A stretch of 64,000 bases of DNA. Origin: Actinomycetota bacterium. Its GTDB lineage: Bacteria; Actinomycetota; Acidimicrobiia; Acidimicrobiales; Aldehydirespiratoraceae. Of this stretch, positions 25,836 to 34,028 are shown in pieces (the stretch's first letter is position 1; the number at the start of each line of letters is the position of its first letter). The DNA lies in NCBI GenBank assembly GCA_039188975.1, contig JBCCYT010000003.1, positions 2,703 through 66,702 of the forward strand. The letters are read 5' to 3'. Under the pieces are notes generated by a model, which was not told the origin of the DNA, ran no database searches, and saw nothing but the letters and a program-made list of their open reading frames with translations. Both the position numbers and the translations under genes were made by a program.

Positions 25836-25848
25836 CAGGCCGCCGCCC

Positions 25849-26501
25849 ATGGCCGACCTGTACGAGACGATGAGCACGCTGCGGGCGGTGCGGCGTGTTC
25901 GCCCTGACCCGATTCCCGACGATGTGCTCGAACGGGTCTTGCAGGCGGCGTGTTGGTCGCCGACCGGCGGCAACACCCAGCCGTGGAAGGTCGTGGTCGT
26001 CACCGACCTCGAACGCAAGGCTGGGCTGCAGACCATCTACAAGGCCGAGTGGGATCCGTACGTGGTGCAGTTCCTCGACTCGAGCGAGTGGCCGGCACCC
26101 GCGACGAGGAGCAGTGGAAGAAGGTCGCGGACGCGGGCAATCGGCTGGCCGACAACCTCCACGAAGCCCCGGCCATTTTGCTATTCGCCGCCAATCCAGC
26201 GGCGATGGCGATCACCGATGCCAAGCTCGACCGCATCAGCATGGTCGGCGGCGGCTCGGTGTATCCGGCAGTGCAGAACGCCATGCTGGCGTGCGCCGCG
26301 GAAGGCCTCGGCTGCACGCTCACGACGCTTCACTGTCACCGCGAAGACGAGGTGAAGGCGCTGCTCGACATCCCCGACTCGTGGGCCACGGTCGCCATGG
26401 TGCCGATCGGCTACCCCGAGCTGAAGGGGCACGGCCCGATCACGAGGAAGCCCCCGTCGAAGATGGCCGCCCGCAATTCCTTCGAAGGCACCTCGCCCTG
26501 A
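25849..26501 (+). pseudogene. nitroreductase-family gene with a frameshift near 26080-26100
   Basis: The N-terminal ~78 aa (TLRAVRRVRPDPIPDDVLERVLQAACWSPTGGNTQPW) read in frame 1. The C-terminal ~135 aa (EEQWKKVADAGNRLADNLHEAPAILLF...GYP) read in the frame of ORF 25950-26501. Confidence 0.75.
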
Positions 26502-26562
26502 CCCTCGGAGGCCGCCTCCTGGCGCGGTCTGGTGTCAGTCGCACTCGCTAGGGTGGCCGACG

Positions 26563-29500
26563 ATGTCGGAATCTCCCTTGCTCGCCGGTCTCAACCCGGC
26601 CCAGTACGACGCGGTTCTCCACGACGGCGGGCCGCTGCTCGTCGTCGCCGGTGCCGGTTCGGGCAAGACCCGAGTCCTCACCCATCGCATCGCCCACCTG
26701 ATCGAGCAGGGTCTGTCGCCGTTCGAGATCCTCGCCATCACCTTCACCAACAAGGCGGCAGGCGAGATGAAGCACCGCGTCGGTGGCCTCGTCGGGCCGG
26801 TCGCCGAGAAGATGTGGGTGTCCACGTTCCACTCGGCGTGTGTGCGCATCCTGCGGCGCGACGTCGAACGCCTCGGCTTCCCCGGTCGGTTCTCGATCTA
26901 CGACCAAGCCGACGCGGTTCGCCTCGCCGGCTATGTCATCCGTGACCTGAATCTCGATCCTAAGCGGTTCCCGCCCCGGTCGGTGCACGGCACCATCTCG
27001 ATGGCCAAGAACGAGAACATCGGCCCCGAGCAGTACGCAGCCGAGGCGGAGCAGATCTTTCAGCGCAAGATCGGCGACGTGTACGCCGAGTATCAGAAGC
27101 GCCTGCTCCAGGCTGGCGCCATGGATTTCGACGATCTCCTGATGCGTACTGCGCAGCTGTTCCGTGAACATCCTGACGTGCTCGACGGCTGGCGCCGGCG
27201 CTTCGGTCATGTGCTCGTCGACGAGTACCAGGACACCAACCCGGTCCAGAACGACCTCGTCCTCCAGCTAGCCGAGGAGCACCGCCAAGTCACCGTCGTC
27301 GGCGACAGCGATCAGTGCCTTCCGCCGGGGACGATGATCTCGACACCCCAAGGCGATCGCCCGATCGAGACACTTCGCGAAGGCGATCTCGTCTACGGCA
27401 CCGGCGGGTCGAACACGCCGGTGGCCCGTCCGATTCGTGAGGTCCGTAAGACACGCCACATGGGACGGCGCTATCGCATCCACGCCGGGGGTCGAACGAT
27501 CGAAGGGACACCTCACCACATCGTCCCGGCCCAGCTCACGCTCGACCCGTCGGCACATGTCGTCTACCTCATGTACCGACACGATCGCGGGTTCCGCGTC
27601 GGGCAAACCAAAGCGACGCGTCCCAACGGGAAGGGTGGCTTGGAGATCGGTCTGCGAGTCCGATGCAACCAGGAGCACGGCGACAAGGCCTGGATCCTGC
27701 GGGTCGTCGGTTCCTCGGCCGAGGCCTCCTGGTGGGAGGCCTACTACGCCGCCCAGTACGGGCTCCCGACAGCTTGTTTTCATTCCCTTGGCCGGAACCT
27801 GGCGATGGGAGCCGACGATCTTGCTCGGCTGTTCGATGCGCTCGACACCGAACAGGCGGCAAAGCAACTCTTCGAGGATCTTGATCTGCATGAGGAGTTC
27901 CCGCATCACCGACCGCAGAGCGGGGCGAATAGGCAGACGCTCAACCTCACGATGTTCTCCGACCACCGTTCTGGAGAGGTGGGGTACCACCGGCTTCAAT
28001 GGTCGTCCAACCGGCAAGACGTTGCGAAACGGCTGCTTGACGGCGGTTGGAACGTCCGGAAGTCCAAGCACGCATCGGTGCGTGTGGAGACATCACGGAA
28101 GAGCTATTGCGAAGCACTTTGGGAAGCCACGGCGATGTCTTGGGAGGGGCAGCTGGAAGTCAACCGTCGGATGGCCGTCGATGGCGAGATTTACGGCTAC
28201 CAACCGCTTAGCCACCTCCGCCCGGGGATGGTCGTGTTGGTGGAGACAGACCACGGCTTCGATCGAGTGGCAGTCGACGACGTCGAGATCTTTGAGGCGT
28301 CGGGCCCGGTCTACGACCTCGAAGTCGATGATGTGCACACGTATGTCGCTAATGGCGTGCTCGTGCACAACTCGGTCTATGCGTTCCGAGGCGCCGACAT
28401 TCGCAACATTCTCGAGTTCGAAGAAGCGTTCCCCGACGCCACCGTCGTCGTGCTCGAACAGAACTACCGATCGACCCAGTCGATCCTCGACGCGGCCAAC
28501 GCCGTCATCGCTCGCAACGTCGGCCGCAAACCCAAGGACTTGTGGACCGACAAGGGCGCCGGCGAGAAGATCGTTCGCTACCACGCCGACGACGAATCCG
28601 ACGAAGCCCAATTCGTCGCCAACGAGCTCGCCAAGCTCCACGATCACGACCACAAGCGATGGGGCGAGATGGCGGTGTTCTACCGAACCAACTCCATGTC
28701 GCGTGTCATCGAAGAGTTCCTGGTGCGGGTCGGGATCCCGTACAAGGTCGTCGGCGGCACCCGCTTCTATGACCGTCGCGAAGTGAAGGACGCGCTGGCG
28801 TACCTCCGGGCGATCGTCAACCCGACCGACGAGGTGTCGGTCAAGCGGGTCATCAACACCCCCAAGCGAGGGGTCGGCGATTCGTCGATCGGCAAGCTCG
28901 ACGCCTGGGCCTCCGCCAACGGCGAATCGTTCGACCAGGCGGTTCTGCGCTTCGACGAAGCCGGTGTCGGGGGTCGAGCCGCAACCGGTATCGAGAAGTT
29001 CCTGGTGCTGACCACCGAGATCCGCAAGCTCAACGCCGGTCCGGCCACTATCATCGAAGAAGCGCTCGAACGGTCCGGCTATCTCGAAGAGCTCCAGGCC
29101 GAGCGGTCGGTCGAGGCCGAAGGGCGGCTGGAGAACCTGTCCGAACTGGTCGGCATGGCTCGCGAGTACGAGACGGTCGACGACTTCCTCGAACAGGTTT
29201 CCCTCGTCAGCGACACCGACGACATCGACGAAGAGGAATCCCAGGTCACCTTGATGACCCTGCACTCGGCGAAGGGACTCGAGTTCCCCGTCGTCTTCTT
29301 GGTCGGCATGGAAGACGGTGTGTTCCCGCACATCCGGGCCCTCGGCGAACCAGCCGAACTCGAAGAAGAACGCCGCCTCGCCTATGTCGGCATCACCCGA
29401 GCGATGGAGAAGCTGCATCTCACGAGCGCATGGAGCCGGATGATGCACGGCCAGACGCAGTACAACCCGCCGAGCCGCTTCCTCGACGAGATCCCGTCCG

Positions 29501-29868
29501 AGCTGATCGAGGAGATCGGCGGCACCCGCATGTTGCGCTCACGCCGCGACCGCAGCGGAGGCGGCCGAACCTATGGCGGGGGAGGGGGCAGCGAGGTCCC
29601 GACCGGCCGGACCTTCGGCGGCGGTGGCCGCGACAGCCACCACGACGACGTCGTCGAAGCCGCCCTCGCCGCCGCCAACAAGCCGACCCCATCCGGAGCC
29701 GAAGCAATGGGCCTCAAGGTCGGCGACGACGTGCGCCACAACCAGTGGGGCGAAGGCGTGATCACCGACATCGAAGGCGCCGGCGACAAAGCCGAAGCGT
29801 CCGTCTACTTCGGCTCGGTCGGCGAGAAGCGGCTGCTCCTCAGCTGGGCCCCACTCGAAAAGATCTGA
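26563..29868 (+). CDS. pcrA: ATP-dependent DNA helicase PcrA/UvrD, interrupted by an in-frame intein
   Basis: Walker A is AGAGSGKT and motif II is DEYQDT. Motif III is split as VVGDSDQ | intein | SVYAFRGA. The C-terminal Gly-rich linker and Tudor-like tail (HNQWGEGVI) are present. The 1101-aa length compares with ~750 aa typical. Confidence 0.92.
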   Translation: MSESPLLAGLNPAQYDAVLHDGGPLLVVAGAGSGKTRVLTHRIAHLIEQGLSPFEILAITFTNKAAGEMKHRVGGLVGPVAEKMWVSTFHSACVRILRRDVERLGFPGRFSIYDQADAVRLAGYVIRDLNLDPKRFPPRSVHGTISMAKNENIGPEQYAAEAEQIFQRKIGDVYAEYQKRLLQAGAMDFDDLLMRTAQLFREHPDVLDGWRRRFGHVLVDEYQDTNPVQNDLVLQLAEEHRQVTVVGDSDQCLPPGTMISTPQGDRPIETLREGDLVYGTGGSNTPVARPIREVRKTRHMGRRYRIHAGGRTIEGTPHHIVPAQLTLDPSAHVVYLMYRHDRGFRVGQTKATRPNGKGGLEIGLRVRCNQEHGDKAWILRVVGSSAEASWWEAYYAAQYGLPTACFHSLGRNLAMGADDLARLFDALDTEQAAKQLFEDLDLHEEFPHHRPQSGANRQTLNLTMFSDHRSGEVGYHRLQWSSNRQDVAKRLLDGGWNVRKSKHASVRVETSRKSYCEALWEATAMSWEGQLEVNRRMAVDGEIYGYQPLSHLRPGMVVLVETDHGFDRVAVDDVEIFEASGPVYDLEVDDVHTYVANGVLVHNSVYAFRGADIRNILEFEEAFPDATVVVLEQNYRSTQSILDAANAVIARNVGRKPKDLWTDKGAGEKIVRYHADDESDEAQFVANELAKLHDHDHKRWGEMAVFYRTNSMSRVIEEFLVRVGIPYKVVGGTRFYDRREVKDALAYLRAIVNPTDEVSVKRVINTPKRGVGDSSIGKLDAWASANGESFDQAVLRFDEAGVGGRAATGIEKFLVLTTEIRKLNAGPATIIEEALERSGYLEELQAERSVEAEGRLENLSELVGMAREYETVDDFLEQVSLVSDTDDIDEEESQVTLMTLHSAKGLEFPVVFLVGMEDGVFPHIRALGEPAELEEERRLAYVGITRAMEKLHLTSAWSRMMHGQTQYNPPSRFLDEIPSELIEEIGGTRMLRSRRDRSGGGRTYGGGGGSEVPTGRTFGGGGRDSHHDDVVEAALAAANKPTPSGAEAMGLKVGDDVRHNQWGEGVITDIEGAGDKAEASVYFGSVGEKRLLLSWAPLEKI
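27316..28371 (+). mobile_element. intein (352 aa) within PcrA motif III
   Basis: Block A is C1 (CLPPGTMIS), block B is TPHH, block F is VYDLEVDDVHTYVANG and block G is VLVHN followed by +1 Ser. Removing it restores GDSDQSVYAFRGA. Confidence 0.88.
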
Positions 29869-29882
29869 GCCCCGACCCGGCC

Positions 29883-30265
29883 ATGGCGATCGACGACGCG
29901 GAACCCAATCGAGTGCCGCCGACGATCCGTGGCGTGCGTGGGGTGATGGTCTTCGTCGACAACCCCGAAGTGGTCTGTGGATGGTGGGCGGCGGCATGCG
30001 ACGAAACGCCGCAGTGCGCCAACAGCTTCTGCTGGATCGATCTCCCTGGCGGCGTCGAGTTTGGCTTCCACCCGGCCGAGAGACCAAGAATCCGCCGGGA
30101 GCGAGCGTCGTGCCGTACCTCGGGGTCGATCGCTTCGACGAGGCGCTCGACCGACTGGTTCACAACGGCGCCACCGTCTATCGGGGCCCGCTCGCGGTCG
30201 ATGGGTGGCGGATGGCGCAGATCAAAGACCCGTTCGGCACCATCGTCGGCATCACCGATCGGTAG
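29883..30265 (+). pseudogene. VOC/glyoxalase-family gene with a frameshift near 30075-30085
   Basis: The N-terminal half (GVMVFVDNPEVVCGWW...GGVEFGFHPAE) is in one frame. The C-terminal half (KNPPGASVVPYLGVDRFDEALDRL...IKDPFGTIVGI) is in the frame of ORF 29981-30265. Confidence 0.65.
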
Positions 30266-30280
30266 CGAGCTGCACGACGG

Positions 30281-31525
30281 CTACCAGGCGCACTCGATGT
30301 GCTTGAGTCCGTTGATGAAGCTCGAACGCAGGCGGTCGGGTTCACCCACGCTGTGAATCTCGGGAAGCTCACGCAGCAAGTCCCGATACATCACGCTGAT
30401 CTGGCGGCGGGCGAGGTGGGCGCCAAGACAAAAGTGCGGTCCGGGTCCGCCGAAACCGACATGATCGCGGAGATTGTCGCGGGTGATGTCGAACCGGTAC
30501 GGGTCGTGGAAGACGGCATCGTCGCGGTTGCCGGAGGCATAGAACAGCACGACCTTGTCGCCCTCGGAGAACGTGTGGTCGCCGAGCTGGGCGCCGTCTT
30601 CGGTGACGGTGCGGCGGAAGTGAATGACCGGGCTTGCCATGCGAACCATTTCCTCGACCGCGTTTGGCATGTGGGTCTCGACATCGCTCATCAACAGGTC
30701 GCGCTGGTCGGGATGGTCGGTCAAGAAGGTCAGGCCCCACGCGATCGAGTTGCGGGTCGTCTCGCTTCCGGCAGCACACAGCAGCACGAAGAAGCTCTGG
30801 ATCTCCTGTCGGGTCAGCTTGTCGCCCTCGATCTCTGCGTTGACGAGCGCAGTGGTCAGATCGGCCGCGTCGCCGTCGACGGAACGGTCGGCGATGTCAT
30901 CGATCAACGCCGCCAGACCGGCGCCGGCTTCGAGAAACGCTTCGAGCGGGTTCTTGCCTTCCGGAATGAACTCCGGATCGCCCTGACTCAAGATGATGTT
31001 CGTCATGTCGAAGACGAACTCGTACTGCGACTCGGGAATCCCCATCATGTCGCAGATGATCTTCACCGGAAGCCACGCCGCGCAGGCCGTGACGAAATCA
31101 CAGCCCGGGCCTTCTTCTCGGAGCCGGTCGACGATGCGGCCCGCCGCCAGCTCGACGTCTTCCATGTTGCGTTGCAGCATGCGCGGCGTGAAACCGGCGG
31201 CCACCAGCTTGCGAAGACGCTTGTGGCGAGGGTCGTCCATGTTGATCATCGAGCCGAAGAACTCGTTGAACTCGGGCGGGAGATCTGGAATGTTCGTCCC
31301 GGCCCCGGATTGGAACAGTTCTGGTTGGCGACTGGCTGCGATGATGTCGGCGTGTCGGGTCAGGGCGTAGTAGCCGGGGCCGGCCGGGAGATACTCGGTC
31401 TCGTGCTCGGCGAAGAAGCGAATCGGGTCCTCGCGTCGAAGCGTCTCGAAGGCCGCCTCTCGGACATCGAGCGGTTCGGTCCAGAACCCTTCGACGTCGG
31501 ACAGATCGATTTCACTCAGCTGCAT
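30281..31525 (-). CDS. cytochrome P450
   Basis: It has the heme-binding loop FGGPGPHFCLGAHLAR, the I-helix AGSETT and the ExxR motif. Confidence 0.92.
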   Translation of the reverse strand: MQLSEIDLSDVEGFWTEPLDVREAAFETLRREDPIRFFAEHETEYLPAGPGYYALTRHADIIAASRQPELFQSGAGTNIPDLPPEFNEFFGSMINMDDPRHKRLRKLVAAGFTPRMLQRNMEDVELAAGRIVDRLREEGPGCDFVTACAAWLPVKIICDMMGIPESQYEFVFDMTNIILSQGDPEFIPEGKNPLEAFLEAGAGLAALIDDIADRSVDGDAADLTTALVNAEIEGDKLTRQEIQSFFVLLCAAGSETTRNSIAWGLTFLTDHPDQRDLLMSDVETHMPNAVEEMVRMASPVIHFRRTVTEDGAQLGDHTFSEGDKVVLFYASGNRDDAVFHDPYRFDITRDNLRDHVGFGGPGPHFCLGAHLARRQISVMYRDLLRELPEIHSVGEPDRLRSSFINGLKHIECAW

Positions 31526-31569
31526 GCCGAGACGTTAGGTCACGGCCTCAACCGGTCGGTAACCGACGG

Positions 31570-32907
31570 TCAGCTGGCGAGTGCGGTGGCGTCGATCTCC
31601 GTGGCGACGATCTGCGTGAGAGGTTCGTCGACCCCTGCGGCGGTGGCATGGTCACGCCAGGTGCCAACTGCGGCCACGACCTCGTCGATGATGCGTCCGG
31701 CGCTTGAGACCTTGGCCCGCTCAGCGAGTTCGAGCAGGGCCCCTCGCGGCGCTCCATGGACCGAACCGTTGACTGTCAACTGGTGATTGCGAAGCCATCC
31801 GCCGTCGTCATCGAACGCGAACGTCAGATCGAACGCCGGAGCGAGCGACCAGCGCCCGGCTTCGTAGAGGAACGCGTGGTTCTTCGTGTGGTCGTCCCGG
31901 ACGACCGCAGCGATGTTGAACACGATCCGGCGGAAGACCTGTCGTCGTTCGTCAGCCGTGAGCCCGAGCCGGATGCACGTCTGGAGCAGCTGTTCGTAGC
32001 TGTGGGCACCGACATGCTCGGGCGGAAGGTGCCCCATTGCCGCGAACGACTGAACGTGCAATCGGGTCGCAGGCCCGGGCCGATCGAATCGCCGGGTAAG
32101 GAAGTGAGCGAGTCCGTCGACCTGGAGAAGCCGGCATTCGCTCATCTCGATGCCCGCATCGACGGCCATACGGGCGTAGGCGTATTCGACCCGACCGAGT
32201 CCGGTCGGGTTCGCACGCGCTCTCGATCGGCCGACATCGAACTTCAAGAGCCAATGGGAGTATCCCTCCGGGGCGTCATGCTGTCCGGAACGAACCTCGC
32301 CGGCGGGCCCCAGCGCAATGGCGGCCTTCGCCCGGGCCCCACCCGCTGACCCCGACGTGTCGAGGAGTTGCTCGAGCGCGTCCGGCGCCTCGCTGTCGAG
32401 CAAACTGCCGTTCACGGCGCGATGAGCCGCAGAGGCCGCCTCGCCCAGGTCGACCACGGTCGGCGTCGGGCCTCCATCGTCCCTGAGATCGGGTTCGAAG
32501 GTCAGCGCACCGACGCCGCGGCTTCCGACATAGCCGAGTCTGTCGACGGCAGTGATGGCGCCGGGTTGTACGCCGTGGCGGGCGAGCCAGGCGTTGGTGA
32601 GGAGGTCGGCGAACGCACCGGGCAAGCTGTCGGCGACGAGTCCCGGCAGGCCGCGGAAGGACGACCGGTCGAGGTCAGGGAAGGCCACGGGTCCGGCCGT
32701 TCTGGGCAGCTCCAGTGGTGCGAGATCATCGCCTGTTCGTGCCCAGTTGGTTTCGTACTCGAAGACCGGAAGCTTGGATCGAGGGTCATTCGCGATTGCG
32801 CCGACGAGCCGCCCCTCGAAAAGGACCTTGACCACGTCGAGTTGGCGAAACGGCTCAGTCACGACTTCGGCGTCCCCGCTTCCTGGGTTCGGGACGTTGT
32901 TGCTCAA
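31570..32907 (-). CDS. hipA: HipA-family serine/threonine kinase toxin
   Basis: It has a HipA N-terminal coupling domain, the catalytic loop DDHTKNHAF and the downstream APAFDLTF. The start is ATG 32907 or GTG 32862, the latter adjacent to the hipB stop. Confidence 0.85.
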   Translation of the reverse strand: MSNNVPNPGSGDAEVVTEPFRQLDVVKVLFEGRLVGAIANDPRSKLPVFEYETNWARTGDDLAPLELPRTAGPVAFPDLDRSSFRGLPGLVADSLPGAFADLLTNAWLARHGVQPGAITAVDRLGYVGSRGVGALTFEPDLRDDGGPTPTVVDLGEAASAAHRAVNGSLLDSEAPDALEQLLDTSGSAGGARAKAAIALGPAGEVRSGQHDAPEGYSHWLLKFDVGRSRARANPTGLGRVEYAYARMAVDAGIEMSECRLLQVDGLAHFLTRRFDRPGPATRLHVQSFAAMGHLPPEHVGAHSYEQLLQTCIRLGLTADERRQVFRRIVFNIAAVVRDDHTKNHAFLYEAGRWSLAPAFDLTFAFDDDGGWLRNHQLTVNGSVHGAPRGALLELAERAKVSSAGRIIDEVVAAVGTWRDHATAAGVDEPLTQIVATEIDATALAS

Positions 32908-33163
32908 GGAGAGCGATTGGTGAGATCGGCTCGTCCGGTGTGAGCGAGTCGAGCCACGACTCGGCGTCGAGCGCCCGGAGAACCTTGATCAACGTGTTCA
33001 ACGTCGAACCGCGGCCGTGTTCGAGATTGGCGACCGTCTTCTGCGATACCTCGGCGCGCTCTGCCACCTCGGCAACGGTCATCCCGGTTCGAAGACGTCG
33101 TCGTCGAACCGTCTCGCCGAAGCGGGCCTCCTGTTCTTCTGCGGTAAGCCACATGGCGCTCAA
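32855..33163 (-). CDS. hipB: XRE-family HTH antitoxin (HipB-like)
   Basis: The HTH is MTVAEVAERAEVSQKTVANLEHGRG. It lies immediately upstream of, and overlaps, hipA. Confidence 0.8.
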   Translation of the reverse strand: MSAMWLTAEEQEARFGETVRRRRLRTGMTVAEVAERAEVSQKTVANLEHGRGSTLNTLIKVLRALDAESWLDSLTPDEPISPIALLEQQRPEPRKRGRRSRD

Positions 33164-33242
33164 GACTAGTAGAAAGTTGCTACTTAGGATCTATTTCGAT
33201 CACTAAAACGAAGATCTTTACTGCTCATGGTTCAGCCGCAGA
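33164..33242 (-). promoter_or_regulatory. AT-rich hipBA promoter/operator region
   Basis: GC drops to roughly 35-40% against a ~66% background. The region has the 8-bp palindrome AAGATCTT (33211-33218), three GATC cores (33188, 33198, 33213), and the inverted repeat AGTAG-N7-CTACT (33168-33184). Confidence 0.5.
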
Positions 33243-33557
33243 TCAATCGGGGGTGTTGGGGGAGACGGGCACATCGCTGGTGAGCTGGTGCAGCGCAGTG
33301 AGGTGCTGGTCGTAGGCCGATGCGCCGTCACGGGTGAGGCGGAACCAAGCAGTGCCTCCCCGACGTCCGCCGGCGCGTTTGCTCTCGGCGTAGCCCGCAT
33401 CGATGAGGTGCTTCATCTGTTTCGATAGGTCGGTCTTGGAGAGCCCGACGTGGTCTTGGAGAAACGCGAACTCCGCCCAAACGGATGCCCGAAGAATCGC
33501 GGCCAGGCGAAGGCGCTTTGGTGCGGTGAAGTTCGGATCGAGTTGCTCGAGGCTCAT
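33243..33557 (-). CDS. winged-helix (MarR-like) transcriptional regulator
   Basis: It is 104 aa. The wHTH segment is FAFLQDHVGLSKTDLSKQMKHLIDAGY. An ATGA overlap joins it to the upstream membrane-protein gene. Confidence 0.65.
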   Translation of the reverse strand: MSLEQLDPNFTAPKRLRLAAILRASVWAEFAFLQDHVGLSKTDLSKQMKHLIDAGYAESKRAGGRRGGTAWFRLTRDGASAYDQHLTALHQLTSDVPVSPNTPD

Positions 33558-33976
33558 TCGCCGGTGAGTTGGTCGATGAGTATGCGGGAACGTCGGTGGT
33601 AGGTGATGCCGCCGACGGTGACGCAGAGAGCAACGACGACGCCGCCGATGACAAAGTTCGTGGCGAACGAGACCGCCATCGCAACGACGCCGACGAGAGC
33701 GCTGGCTACCCAGAAGCCGTAGAGGTTGCGCCGCAGTGGTTGTGGCATGGTGTCGAATCGGGGCTGGACGCCGGTTCGCGTGATTTGCCAGAACACGGCG
33801 ATGAAGACACCGACCACATAGACGGCGACGGCAACACCGCGAGCGGCTGCGCTGTCGATCGCGAATGATGCGAAGAGCAGGCCCGCCAGAACGCCGATGA
33901 GCGGCCACATCGTCAACGGCCCGCGGGCGGCGGCCTCGTAGGAAGCCAGCGTGAGATGACCGGAGTTTGTTTCCAT
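33554..33976 (-). CDS. small integral membrane protein (about 4 TM)
   Basis: It is 140 aa and hydrophobic. It is translationally coupled to the wHTH regulator. Confidence 0.55.
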   Translation of the reverse strand: METNSGHLTLASYEAAARGPLTMWPLIGVLAGLLFASFAIDSAAARGVAVAVYVVGVFIAVFWQITRTGVQPRFDTMPQPLRRNLYGFWVASALVGVVAMAVSFATNFVIGGVVVALCVTVGGITYHRRSRILIDQLTGE

Positions 33977-33990
33977 AGCATCAACATAAA

Positions 33991-34017
33991 GATTTGTTGC
34001 CGGACTGTCAACAAATC
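33991..34017. promoter_or_regulatory. perfect 9-bp inverted repeat GATTTGTTG-N9-CAACAAATC
   Basis: It lies 15-41 nt upstream of the membrane-protein/wHTH operon start and 12 nt downstream of the VOC gene stop. It could be an operator or a terminator. Confidence 0.5.
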
Positions 34018-34028
34018 GCTCGTCGGGA

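Noticed and set aside
26563-29868. Whether the extra length of PcrA could be a fused second gene, or two helicase genes.
   Set aside because: Helicase motifs I-II lie before the insert and motifs III-VI lie after it, with no duplication. The junction residues match intein blocks, so an intein is the simpler explanation.
29430-30356. A 308-aa Arg-rich ORF spanning the pcrA 3' end and the VOC gene.
   Set aside because: Only its short middle part (the VOC N-terminal half) looks protein-like. The rest is off-frame translation of pcrA and of the VOC C-terminal half.
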